Part shown: one piece after another, positions 1 to 8,079 of the stretch
Numbering within the stretch: the stretch's first letter is position 1
Layout of the letters: every line of letters begins with the position of its first letter
Assembly (NCBI GenBank): GCA_964536195.1
Contig: CAZHVO010000002.1
Span: forward strand, 1 to 51,189
From: an uncultured Planctomycetia bacterium
Lineage (GTDB): Bacteria; Omnitrophota; Gorgyraeia; Duberdicusellales; 4484-171
Direction of reading: 5' to 3'
DNA: 51,189 bases
Notes under the pieces: generated by a model
The model's input: only the letters and a program-made list of their open reading frames with translations
Databases searched by the model: none
Told to the model about the DNA's origin: nothing
Translations under genes and position numbers: made by a program

Positions 1-35
1 TCAAACCAAAGCCAAGCTTAGATACTAAACAAAAG

Positions 36-107
36 TTGCCCCGTCTGGACTCGAACCAGAAATACTTGATCCAGAATCAAGGGTGTTACCGATTACACCA
101 CGGGGCA
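36..107 (-). tRNA. tRNA-Gln (anticodon CUG)
   Basis: The reverse complement folds as a cloverleaf. Acceptor stem TGCCCCG/CGGGGCA has U1-A72, as in bacterial tRNA-Gln. D stem GTGT/ACAC. Anticodon stem CTTGA/TCAAG with loop TTCTGGA (anticodon CTG). T arm TCTGG-TTCGAGT-CCAGA. No CCA is encoded. Confidence 0.9.
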
Positions 108-280
108 AGTTCCTATTATTGTAGTATTATCAACAGATTCTGGCAAGGAAGATTTTACTTGGTTTGCACCCCTAAACATTTGTGACTAAATTGTGACTAC
201 TAAGGGTCTCTGTAACTATCTACAAGATTATAATCCTCAGGAGATGATTCTATAAAGTATTTAATTTGTTAGGATTTCTA

Positions 281-1405
281 TCATAACGCAAAAATCCATT
301 TTTTGAAAAACACATCTATTATAGAATATTCATTTTTTTCTTTATCTACTAAATCTTTATCCCTGAGACTTTGCAAAATTCGTTGAAGCGTAGATGCTGA
401 CCCAAGATTATGCTTTTGAAGGTATTCATGAGAGAATATCTGTTCACCAGCCAAGGTTTTAGCTAAAGCTATAAGGGCTTGTCTTTGCCTAATAGTTAGT
501 GAATCCCAACATGCTTCATACGTAGACGAAGCTCGCTCTAGCAAAAGGTCTCTGCTTTCTGCAAAGTCTTGGCTTTCAATATTTTTTCTATCCATTGTTC
601 TTTCCCAAATAATATGACAAAGGTATTGAAAATAATAGGGGTGCGTTTCGCATTCTTTTATTACTTCACTTAGCAATTCTCTAGAAATAACTTTACCACT
701 TTGCTTAAATTTATGTTGTGCAAACTTCAAAAGCTCCTCGTCTTTTATTTTGCATAAAGGAAAAGATTTGCCACTCTTGTAGAAAGGTTTGCTGGGATTG
801 TTAAATATATCAAAAATAAGATGTTTCTTGCTCCCCATAAATATATATGAAATATTCTTATGTTTCTGAAACGAAGAACGCATCATTTTTTGGACTTTAT
901 CAGTTTTAAATAAACTTATCTGCTGAAATTCGTCAAAACAAACAACTACTTTTTTCTTTTTGGATTTGGAGTATCTCTCTACACTCTCTAATACGTCTCC
1001 TAACGAAGGGAGGATTTCGCTTTTCTTTACGTCTATACTCCAAGAATAATTGCCTAAGTTATCTATGCTAACTGTCGGTCTAATCCTTGTAAAAATCTTG
1101 CTAATATCTTTTACTTTTTTGGTGAATTTTCCATAAATTGTCTCTACTATAACTTTACCATAAAGACGAACAAAGTCCTCTTCTGTCAATACAGGGTATA
1201 AATCAACGTATATGGCAAGTATTCCTCCTCTTTGACACTTATCAAGAACCCTTTTAAGTAACGAGGTTTTGCCAAATCTCCTTTGGGAAAACACAATAAC
1301 ATTCTGACTGTTAAAGATATCACGACAGAGCTCTTTAGTTTCCTCTTCCCTGTCACAAAAGCTATCCCCAGAAACTTCTTTCCCGTATACGAATGGGTTT
1401 TTCAT
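281..1405 (-). CDS. AAA-type ATPase of the archaeal-ATPase (PF01637-like) family with a C-terminal winged-helix (DUF234-like) tail
   Basis: Walker A in QRRFGKTSLL and Walker B in KVVVCFDEFQ. The N-terminal NPFVYGKEV..F.DREEE motif is typical of this family. The C-terminal segment LQRILQSLRDKDLVDKEKNEYSIIDVFFKKWI looks like a wHTH. Confidence 0.7.
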   Translation of the reverse strand: MKNPFVYGKEVSGDSFCDREEETKELCRDIFNSQNVIVFSQRRFGKTSLLKRVLDKCQRGGILAIYVDLYPVLTEEDFVRLYGKVIVETIYGKFTKKVKDISKIFTRIRPTVSIDNLGNYSWSIDVKKSEILPSLGDVLESVERYSKSKKKKVVVCFDEFQQISLFKTDKVQKMMRSSFQKHKNISYIFMGSKKHLIFDIFNNPSKPFYKSGKSFPLCKIKDEELLKFAQHKFKQSGKVISRELLSEVIKECETHPYYFQYLCHIIWERTMDRKNIESQDFAESRDLLLERASSTYEACWDSLTIRQRQALIALAKTLAGEQIFSHEYLQKHNLGSASTLQRILQSLRDKDLVDKEKNEYSIIDVFFKKWIFAL

Positions 1406-1473
1406 AATATACCTCCATTGTATATACTATGCTATACAACATATGTTACATATGCTGTTTTATATACTACACA

Positions 1474-1504
1474 TTACGCATATTGCGTTACGCATCATGC
1501 GTAA
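1474..1504. promoter_or_regulatory. Two adjacent palindromes (ACGCA-TAT-TGCGT and TTACGCAT-C-ATGCGTAA); candidate operator upstream of the ATPase gene
   Basis: Perfect inverted repeats read directly from the sequence, about 70-100 bp upstream of the minus-strand start at 1405. The surrounding AT-rich region also contains duplicated TATATACTA and ACATATG words. Confidence 0.4.
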
Positions 1505-1691
1505 TATATCACAGCAATCCACGTTGTCAATGTATATATGACATATCAGTACTTTTAGGACAATTTTACACAACTTACAAGATTATTTTTAAGTACTAGT
1601 AATATTAGCCTGACTTAGAATCAATCGTACAACAAAAATCCCTAAAAAACAGAGAAAAAAGGCCTATTTCCCCCTAAACTTGAAAAAATCC

Positions 1692-1719
1692 TTGACAAAT
1701 AAGGGAAAAATGCAATATT
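1692..1719 (+). promoter_or_regulatory. Candidate sigma-70 promoter for the fibre locus
   Basis: TTGACA (1692-1697), 16-nt spacer, AATATT (1714-1719) preceded by TG at 1711-1712 (extended -10), about 130 nt upstream of the 1850 start. Confidence 0.35.
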
Positions 1720-1849
1720 GGCCTGTAAATGTTTTCAAAATATCACTAATATTACCTTGAAAAAACATAAAAAATATGTTACATTTTAAAGAATGTGTCT
1801 ATTTGATGGTGGGGGCGCATCAAAGGCAGATTTTTGATTAGGTTCTGTA

Positions 1850-3229
1850 ATGAAAAGAAACACGAGTTTAGTAACATTTTTATTAATCTGCTTTCTGCTT
1901 CCCCTGAACACATGGGCTGCAGCAAGCCTCTCAGTAACTCCTCTCGAAGGTGGTAGTAGCCTTCGCTTTGGAAGAATAACTTCCGGTAACACAATCAGCA
2001 AACAAGTCCGAGTAAGAGTTACTTCTGACTTAGGAGTAAAGTATCAGGTCGAACAAAGACTTCTTGAACCTCTACGAAACTCCAGAGGCGAATCATTAAA
2101 TACTGATGCTTTTACTTTCTATACCCTCAGAGGCTCAAACTTAACTGGCAGTCTTTATCAAGACACACCCTACAGAGCCGATACCTTCAGAAAAATTCTT
2201 TATGTTTCAGCTGCTGCCGGTACCGGTGATTCTTTTTCAGTTATCTATTCAATTGACCCCAGCAAAATAAATATCTCGGGAAGTTTCTCGGGCAGGATTT
2301 CATTTACTTTCACTCCTCTAGGCGCCACTGGTACCCAAAGAGAAGTTATCCTCAATGTTTACTTTGAAACTAAAAAGAACTTCCAGGCCAGCTTAAAAAC
2401 ATCTTCTCAAAGCTCTCGATCCTTAAGGCTCTCTCTAGATAAGGACCAATTAAAAGGTTACTTACAAATCAGCACTGAAGGCTCCCTAGGGCAAAAATAC
2501 GAGATAAGACAAGTGGTTCAAGAACCATTTAAAAATGAGAAGGGAGAAGTTATGCCCTTAGAACTAGTTAAAATCTCAGCATCAAGCAATAAAGGCCAAA
2601 TTTACGCTTCCTCGCCCACACCTCTGGCTAGAAAGCCCATCCTAGTATACGGTTCCCAGGCCCAAGGACAAGGCGATGAAATCACAGTTAATTTTGCTGT
2701 CGATACCAAAGACCTTGCAAATCTACCCAGTGGACACTTTAAAGCCCTAGTATTATATAATGTTGAATCTTCTGGTTCACTGGTCGAAAGACTTCCCCTA
2801 GATGTATCTTTAGAAGTAAAGCCTACATTTGATATTGAAGTCGTCTCTGAGTCAGTAGGTAGTCTATACTTTCGGAACTTAAAGCCAGATTCAGGTTCAA
2901 TAGAAAAAGAAGTACTGGTTAAAGTCAAAACTAATCTTAATCGGCCCTATAATGTTATTCAAAACCTAAACGCTCCGCTTGCTAATCAGAAAGGAAATAC
3001 TATACCTTTGAACTTCTTCCGCTTAAGGCAGGAGAAAGGCAAGGATAATCCAGGAAATATAATTTTTTCTCAATTTTCTCCTTTAAGTTTAGGAGATACT
3101 AGAGTTTTTGCTTCTAATTCAGCTGGTGATTCTTCAGAGTTTAAAATCATTTATTCTTTGGAGGTTCCAAGGGATATGGTTGGCGGAGACTACTTTACAG
3201 GGTTAAACTACTCTTTAGTAGAGAAATAG
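1850..3229 (+). CDS. Secreted three-repeat pilin-like / adhesin-like protein
   Basis: Signal peptide (LLICFLLPLNTWAAAS). Three repeats of roughly 140 aa each carry a K/P-Y-x-[IV]-x-Q core (VKYQVEQ, QKYEIRQ, RPYNVIQ) followed by P[LF]xNxxG. Each repeat ends in an alternating hydrophobic strand (GRISFTFTPL, GHFKALVLYNV, GDYFTGLNYSLV). Confidence 0.6.
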   Translation: MKRNTSLVTFLLICFLLPLNTWAAASLSVTPLEGGSSLRFGRITSGNTISKQVRVRVTSDLGVKYQVEQRLLEPLRNSRGESLNTDAFTFYTLRGSNLTGSLYQDTPYRADTFRKILYVSAAAGTGDSFSVIYSIDPSKINISGSFSGRISFTFTPLGATGTQREVILNVYFETKKNFQASLKTSSQSSRSLRLSLDKDQLKGYLQISTEGSLGQKYEIRQVVQEPFKNEKGEVMPLELVKISASSNKGQIYASSPTPLARKPILVYGSQAQGQGDEITVNFAVDTKDLANLPSGHFKALVLYNVESSGSLVERLPLDVSLEVKPTFDIEVVSESVGSLYFRNLKPDSGSIEKEVLVKVKTNLNRPYNVIQNLNAPLANQKGNTIPLNFFRLRQEKGKDNPGNIIFSQFSPLSLGDTRVFASNSAGDSSEFKIIYSLEVPRDMVGGDYFTGLNYSLVEK

Positions 3230-3262
3230 ATTATAAAATTAAGAAAAAGGAGGTGAATTAGT

Positions 3263-3892
3263 ATGAAGAAATTGATTGCAGCTTTAGTGTTAATCTCACT
3301 TGCAGTAGGCTCAATGAGTATTTGTCTGGCAGCATCGACAGCCAGCGTAGGCATTCAAGCTACTGTTCCAGAACAATTGGAATTAGTTAGCTGGATTCGC
3401 TATGCTCCTCCGGGAGTTGATCCTTACGGCACAGGCTCAGGGGATGCCACAAGTTTAGACTTTGGTACCCTGGTCTTTGATGACACCTATAATATATGGA
3501 AACCGACGAGATACTTTACGGTATTTCTTCTGGCTTCCTCATCAGGAAGGAAGTATAGGATTCAACAGACAAATATAGGCTTTTCTCTAGGTGCCACTGA
3601 TCTTAATAACAGCTTGATTGTGACTCCTGATTATCAGTCCGGTGACGAGATAGTAACAGGAACTTCTCAAGGTTCTATGCCGGGAGGAGACAGCTACGGC
3701 GCCAAGGATTTAGCTTTGGGTGTCAACAAGGTAGTTTATAATGGCAATTCAGGATTATCAAGAATAGTAAGAGCATACTATGGCCTAGCTACAGGAGAAT
3801 CCGGTGAGCCCACAGGGGCAGAACCAATCACTGCAGACCAACTCTCAGGAACATATTCGGGAACAGTAACTTTTTCTGCTGTTCTCCAATAA
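3263..3892 (+). CDS. Secreted single-domain pilin-like subunit, paralogous to the repeats of the preceding gene
   Basis: Strong RBS (AAGGAGG) and a signal peptide (LISLAVGSMSICLAAS). It has SLDFGTL, the RKYRIQQ core and a C-terminal strand GTYSGTVTFSAVLQ. That strand resembles the terminal beta-strand of chaperone-usher / SCPU-type pilins. Confidence 0.55.
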   Translation: MKKLIAALVLISLAVGSMSICLAASTASVGIQATVPEQLELVSWIRYAPPGVDPYGTGSGDATSLDFGTLVFDDTYNIWKPTRYFTVFLLASSSGRKYRIQQTNIGFSLGATDLNNSLIVTPDYQSGDEIVTGTSQGSMPGGDSYGAKDLALGVNKVVYNGNSGLSRIVRAYYGLATGESGEPTGAEPITADQLSGTYSGTVTFSAVLQ

Positions 3893-3940
3893 TGGTGAGT
3901 TGTAAAGACATAGTGTAAAGCTTTTAAAAAAAATATACTC

Positions 3941-4028
3941 TACAAAGATGGCCACCAGTAAATTGCCCGGATAAACACAAAAATTATGTGTTAATCTCGG
4001 TTTAAAAAGTACTGTGGTCATCTTTGTA
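3941..4028 (+). promoter_or_regulatory. Long-range intercistronic stem-loop between the pilin-like gene and the chaperone-like gene
   Basis: Arms TACAAAGATGGCCACCAGTA (3941-3960) and TACTGTGGTCATCTTTGTA (4010-4028) are complementary apart from a few mismatches. They enclose an inner hairpin AACACA-AAAATTA-TGTGTT (3974-3992). The element ends 13 nt before the GAGGAG RBS of the next gene. Confidence 0.5.
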
Positions 4029-4051
4029 TCTAGTAAAAGTGAGGAGATAGG

Positions 4052-4849
4052 TTGTTTAAAAGAGTAATTTTCTTAACTTTAGTCTTTTTGTTACCCTTGT
4101 CAGCATTTGCCTTAAGGATTGATAATCCTAAGGTCAAGCTCCAGCTCTCGCCAAGTGATAACTACCAGGGAGCTATTATTGTAGAAAACCCTTCTAGCGA
4201 TGAGGTTTCGGTAAAGGCATATTTAGAGGACTTTACCTATGTTGCTCCTTTTGACGGCGCTAAAGAGTTCTATGCCCCGGGAACAACAAAAATATCCCTT
4301 TCAAAATGGATAAATTTTTCTCCTCAGGAATTCACATTACGGCCTTTCTCACAGCGAAGAGTTAATTTCTCGGTAAGCCCTATGTCTTCTTTTACTTCTG
4401 TCCATTGCGGAGTTCTCTTCTTTGAGACATCTATTGGAACTACCTATGAGAATGGCCAAGCAATAAATGTCTTAGGCCGAGTAGGTTCTTTGTTCTTTAT
4501 TGAACCAAAAGATAAGAAAAAACAAGCAACTTTCACCGGGATCAAAGGTTCCTCTTACTCTTTAATCGGTGATTTTATTAATTCCGGTAATTCATTTATC
4601 CATGCTCAAGGCACCTCCTATACTCTGGACAGGGCAGGCATGGTCAAAGATAGAAGTGCTCTAGAGGAACTGTATCTTTTACCTAATGATAGTACCCGAT
4701 TGCAAATAGTCCTATCTGACGATTTAGGACCCGGTACCTATACGATGGTAATTACTTTTGATTTAGAAGAGGATAATTCTTTAATCAAAGAAATTGATTT
4801 CTCTCTTTCAGGTTCAGGAGAAGTTACCGTCCTAGATGAGAGAAATTAA
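4052..4849 (+). CDS. Periplasmic two-domain Ig-like protein; candidate pilus assembly chaperone (PapD-like / DUF916-like logic)
   Basis: TTG start 5 nt after GAGGAG, with a signal peptide. The all-beta pattern has two halves (IIVENPSSDEVSVKAY...FSPQEFTLRPFSQRRVNFSV...GVLFFE, then NSGNSFIHAQGTSYTL...LLPNDSTRLQIVL...GTYTMVITF). The position between subunit genes and the OM protein gene fits a chaperone. Confidence 0.4.
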   Translation: MFKRVIFLTLVFLLPLSAFALRIDNPKVKLQLSPSDNYQGAIIVENPSSDEVSVKAYLEDFTYVAPFDGAKEFYAPGTTKISLSKWINFSPQEFTLRPFSQRRVNFSVSPMSSFTSVHCGVLFFETSIGTTYENGQAINVLGRVGSLFFIEPKDKKKQATFTGIKGSSYSLIGDFINSGNSFIHAQGTSYTLDRAGMVKDRSALEELYLLPNDSTRLQIVLSDDLGPGTYTMVITFDLEEDNSLIKEIDFSLSGSGEVTVLDERN

Positions 4850-7815
4850 TGCCGAGAAAAATCAAAGTTTCCTTATTATTGTTAGTTTTCTTCTTTTGCT
4901 TCTCCTTCATCCTCTATCCTCAATCTCTCTCCTATAAGTATTTAATGGAATTAGGCCAATGGGAACTGAGAGAAAATAATTACCAAGAAGCTCTCCAGTA
5001 CTTTCAAATTGCTCAATTAATGGAGCCTGAGTCAGAAGAAGTCTTAAGCTATATTAACTTAATAAAGCGGGCTCTTGAAGGCAGAGTTATTAGTGATGAC
5101 TCATACGATCAGGGAGAAGTCGCCAGCTTAATGGGGTCTGTTCTAGAAAAGAAGAGTGACAGTAAGAGGAAACAGCGAGAAGTAGCCCGTGATGCTCTGA
5201 CTTCTTGGGAGAAAAAAATAGTTAAGACAAAATTAGATCAGACAGGAACCATTGTCCTTCCTCCTCTATATATTAAAACCAGCCAAGAAATAGAAGAAGA
5301 AAAAGAAATAGCAGAGATAAAAAGGAAAGAAAAAGAAGAAAGAAAAGTATTAGTGGAAGCGATGGAGCAGATCAAGAAGCCAATAACAAGAGAAAAAGAG
5401 GTAGCCTTACCTAAGGCAACAAAAGTGATAACTACTGGAAAAAAGAAAACAGCTAAGAAAGGCCAAGAAGAAGTAATCTACCTTACCTCTGAAACCAGGG
5501 GTGAATTCCCCCTAACTATAAAGATAGCTCCCAAAGAATCATTTATAATTGATTCTGAAACCCTAGAGAGATTTCTGATAGTCTCTCCCGGTGTAATTGA
5601 AGTAAATAAGCTTACTACCGGCACCCTACGGATTAAAGCCATTAATTTCGGCTCTTCCTACTTACATGTTTGGGATGATGTCGGCCGATGGACCTTTAAT
5701 ATAAAGATTATCCCTCCACGAGTAATAGTAAAGACAGAACAACTATGGGAAAAACCTGAAGGCTTTAAATTCATGTATAGTTCTGACTGGAGCCAGTATT
5801 ACCGGGGAGCTGACTTTGATGACATGGAGAGACAAACCTTAACCTATGATCAAGGAGCAGCTATCGTCGGACCAACCCCCTATGGAGAACTAGATGCTTC
5901 CGTGAACTGGTCACGCCTTGATCAGGAAACAGATGTAACCGGCTATACTGTAGGTTTAAGTAAGGGCCGTTTCTTGGATTTTAAAGATTTTTACATCCGT
6001 GGTTTTGATTTTAGAGAAAACTTATCGCCTTTATCCTTCCCGGGAGAAACCTTAGAAGGTATAATTTTTAAGTCTCCAGCTTTTAATGAAAAAATCGAAT
6101 ACACTCTACTTTACGGGCAACAAAAACAATACTCATCAGGAATCATCTCTCCAGGAGTTATCGAAGAAGAAGATGCTTATATTGAAGGCTTACGGCTAAG
6201 TTTATTCCCCTATGAGAAAAATAAGTTTTTCTTCACCTATGCTCATGGATATGGCAACGACAGAGAAGATTATCTTAAAAGTAAGGTTTTCTCTCTCCAA
6301 AGTGAGCATAATTTTAAAAATATTGATATTATAAGTGAGATAGCCTCAGATGAGGATTCTATAGGAGCTACCATTTCTTCGAGCCTGCGGCTTTCTCCTA
6401 AACTTAAGTTAAATCTCTCTTTTCGCGATATTGGGAAGGATTTTGTTACCATCTCAGGTAGACCGCCTAATATCGGAGAAATTGGAGGTATTATTGGCCT
6501 TGATTGGAATCCCAACGATAAAATCTCTTTAAACTCAAGCCTAGATGTCTATAGAGATAGAGAATTTTTTAATCCCGGCAGCGAAGATAAGCCTAACTTT
6601 AATTGGAATAATTATTTGAATCTAAGATTATCAGATACTTCAAGCTTAGCTACCAGCCTCTATTATATTAACTCTCCGGGCCTTCTCTCGCCCCAGAGAA
6701 GCGTAAATGCTACTAGTACCTATAGCAAAAGGTTTGATTGGAACTTCTTTGGCGATAGATCAGTTCACACATTCTTAGGCTATAATTACCAGAGAAGTAT
6801 TAATCCTCTCTCGCCAACCTCTGATTATACTCGTAATGGCCTATTGAGTGGTTTGCGTCTTCAGTTAACAAATGATCTCTATTATTACCTTAACTGCAAC
6901 CTCTCCTGGGTAGAAGAGCTCTCTACTAGTGAGAATACAAAACCCTTGATTACTGAGACCGGAGTAGATTTCTACCATACTTTTAATCCTACTCTTTCTT
7001 CTAATTTACGCATCAGCTACCGCGACGAAGAAAATGCAACTGCCCTACACTCTTTTCTCTCCGGAGAAGATAGCCTTGAAGGAAACATAAACCTTACCTA
7101 TAGCCCTAAGAAGAATACCGAGTTCTTCCTTAATGGAAGAATAAGAAATGTCTGGGCTGAGAATACTGACACAGAAGAATACATTGAAACTGAAATAAGA
7201 TTAGGGGCACGCTTGTCCTGGGATAGCTTCTTCAGCTGGTCACCGGAAGCAATAATAGAAGGTTTTGTATTTAAAGACTCTAATAATAATGGTGAAAAAG
7301 ATGATGATGAGGTTGGAATACCAGGAATAGAAATAATTGCCGGCCCTAAGAAGGCTATAAGCGCTAAAGGCGGAAAGTTTACTGCTAAGGTAAAGGCCAA
7401 AAAGGTAATTGCTAATATCAACTTTAACAGCATACCTAAGGGCTATATTTTGACTACTCCGGCATCTTTTGACCTAGATACCTCTACTGGCGATAGCTAT
7501 AGCATAAATTTTGGCATATCGCCTCAATCAGGTATATATGGGGTTGTTTTTTATGACTCTAACGGAAATGATAAGCTAGATAAAGAAGATACTACTATTC
7601 CGGGAATAAAGATAATCCTTGATCAAAAGAAAACAGCGATTACCAATAGTGAAGGTGTTTATTTCTTTGGTGGTATTCCTACTGGAACCCATAATTTAAC
7701 CTTTGATGTTAATTCTCTACCTTTAAAATATTTGCCTAAGGTTTCGATAAAAAAAGAGGTAGATGTTTCTGAAGGGCTTACCTACACCTACCATATCCCC
7801 TTACAAAAGAAATAA
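4849..7815 (+). CDS. Large outer-membrane protein: TPR, K/E-rich linker, secretin-N-like (pilus formation N-terminal) domain, predicted beta-barrel, two SdrD-B-like Ca-binding Ig domains
   Basis: Start overlaps the upstream stop (TAATG at 4847-4851) and a signal peptide is present. The TPR-like stretch is NNYQEALQYFQIAQLMEPESEE. LIVSPGVIEVNKLTTGTLRIKAINFGSSYLHVWDDVGRWTFNIKI resembles the CpaC/RcpA N-terminal domain. About 500 aa are rich in aromatic/Gly alternating strands. The C terminus has two repeats with FKDSNNNGEKDDDEVGIPGIEI and FYDSNGNDKLDKEDTTIPGIKI. Confidence 0.6.
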   Translation: MPRKIKVSLLLLVFFFCFSFILYPQSLSYKYLMELGQWELRENNYQEALQYFQIAQLMEPESEEVLSYINLIKRALEGRVISDDSYDQGEVASLMGSVLEKKSDSKRKQREVARDALTSWEKKIVKTKLDQTGTIVLPPLYIKTSQEIEEEKEIAEIKRKEKEERKVLVEAMEQIKKPITREKEVALPKATKVITTGKKKTAKKGQEEVIYLTSETRGEFPLTIKIAPKESFIIDSETLERFLIVSPGVIEVNKLTTGTLRIKAINFGSSYLHVWDDVGRWTFNIKIIPPRVIVKTEQLWEKPEGFKFMYSSDWSQYYRGADFDDMERQTLTYDQGAAIVGPTPYGELDASVNWSRLDQETDVTGYTVGLSKGRFLDFKDFYIRGFDFRENLSPLSFPGETLEGIIFKSPAFNEKIEYTLLYGQQKQYSSGIISPGVIEEEDAYIEGLRLSLFPYEKNKFFFTYAHGYGNDREDYLKSKVFSLQSEHNFKNIDIISEIASDEDSIGATISSSLRLSPKLKLNLSFRDIGKDFVTISGRPPNIGEIGGIIGLDWNPNDKISLNSSLDVYRDREFFNPGSEDKPNFNWNNYLNLRLSDTSSLATSLYYINSPGLLSPQRSVNATSTYSKRFDWNFFGDRSVHTFLGYNYQRSINPLSPTSDYTRNGLLSGLRLQLTNDLYYYLNCNLSWVEELSTSENTKPLITETGVDFYHTFNPTLSSNLRISYRDEENATALHSFLSGEDSLEGNINLTYSPKKNTEFFLNGRIRNVWAENTDTEEYIETEIRLGARLSWDSFFSWSPEAIIEGFVFKDSNNNGEKDDDEVGIPGIEIIAGPKKAISAKGGKFTAKVKAKKVIANINFNSIPKGYILTTPASFDLDTSTGDSYSINFGISPQSGIYGVVFYDSNGNDKLDKEDTTIPGIKIILDQKKTAITNSEGVYFFGGIPTGTHNLTFDVNSLPLKYLPKVSIKKEVDVSEGLTYTYHIPLQKK

Positions 7816-8079
7816 TTACTTTATCAAGACAGTCTTTAAAAGGACTTTTTCGTTTCCCCGGATTACCTCCTCTGTAGCTATCAATCTTTCTTCTTCAACT
7901 ACGACCTTATACTCTCTTTCTTGGCTGGCCTCTTCTTCCTCTGCCAGTGGAACAGCTTCTTTATTGATCTCGACCCTTGAAGGAATAGTAAAGGAAGCTC
8001 TAATGACTGCAGTATTACCGGCCGATGCAGATATAGGAATAATGAATAAAAGCATAGAGATTAAAATATACTTACTCAT
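7816..8079 (-). CDS. Small secreted protein (87 aa), function unknown
   Basis: Signal peptide (ILISMLLFIIPISASAG) and an acidic central stretch. Its ATG sits inside the last codons of the upstream ORF (GAGCATGAGTAAG), directly after GGAGGAG, which indicates translational coupling. Confidence 0.55.
   Translation of the reverse strand: MSKYILISMLLFIIPISASAGNTAVIRASFTIPSRVEINKEAVPLAEEEEASQEREYKVVVEEERLIATEEVIRGNEKVLLKTVLIK
7831..7850 (+). terminator. Weak candidate terminator after the 988-aa gene
   Basis: AGTCT-TTAAAA-GGACT followed by TTTTT. The stem is short and the element lies inside the 3' end of the convergent small ORF. Confidence 0.25.

Noticed and set aside
1-1560. A tRNA-linked integrative element
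   Set aside because: tRNA-Gln is followed by an accessory-looking ATPase. However, I see no integrase or recombinase, no duplicated tRNA 3' segment and no flanking direct repeats in the window.
1283-2001. ORF-track entries 1283-1504 (+), 1779-1994 (-) and 1786-2001 (-)
   Set aside because: They overlap the ATPase 5' end, its AT-rich control region, or the start of the 459-aa gene. They have no RBS and low-complexity, unrecognisable sequence. They are most simply shadow or spurious ORFs.
5285-5350. A purine-rich (GAA/AAG) tract as a possible DNA-level repeat element
   Set aside because: It simply encodes the K/E-rich linker of the 988-aa protein, with no exact tandem unit.
2602-7433. Antisense ORFs inside the fibre genes (2602-2928, 6270-6515, 7098-7433, all on the minus strand)
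   Set aside because: Each is fully embedded opposite a long, well-supported plus-strand CDS. Their Ser/Pro/Leu-rich composition is typical of antisense frames.
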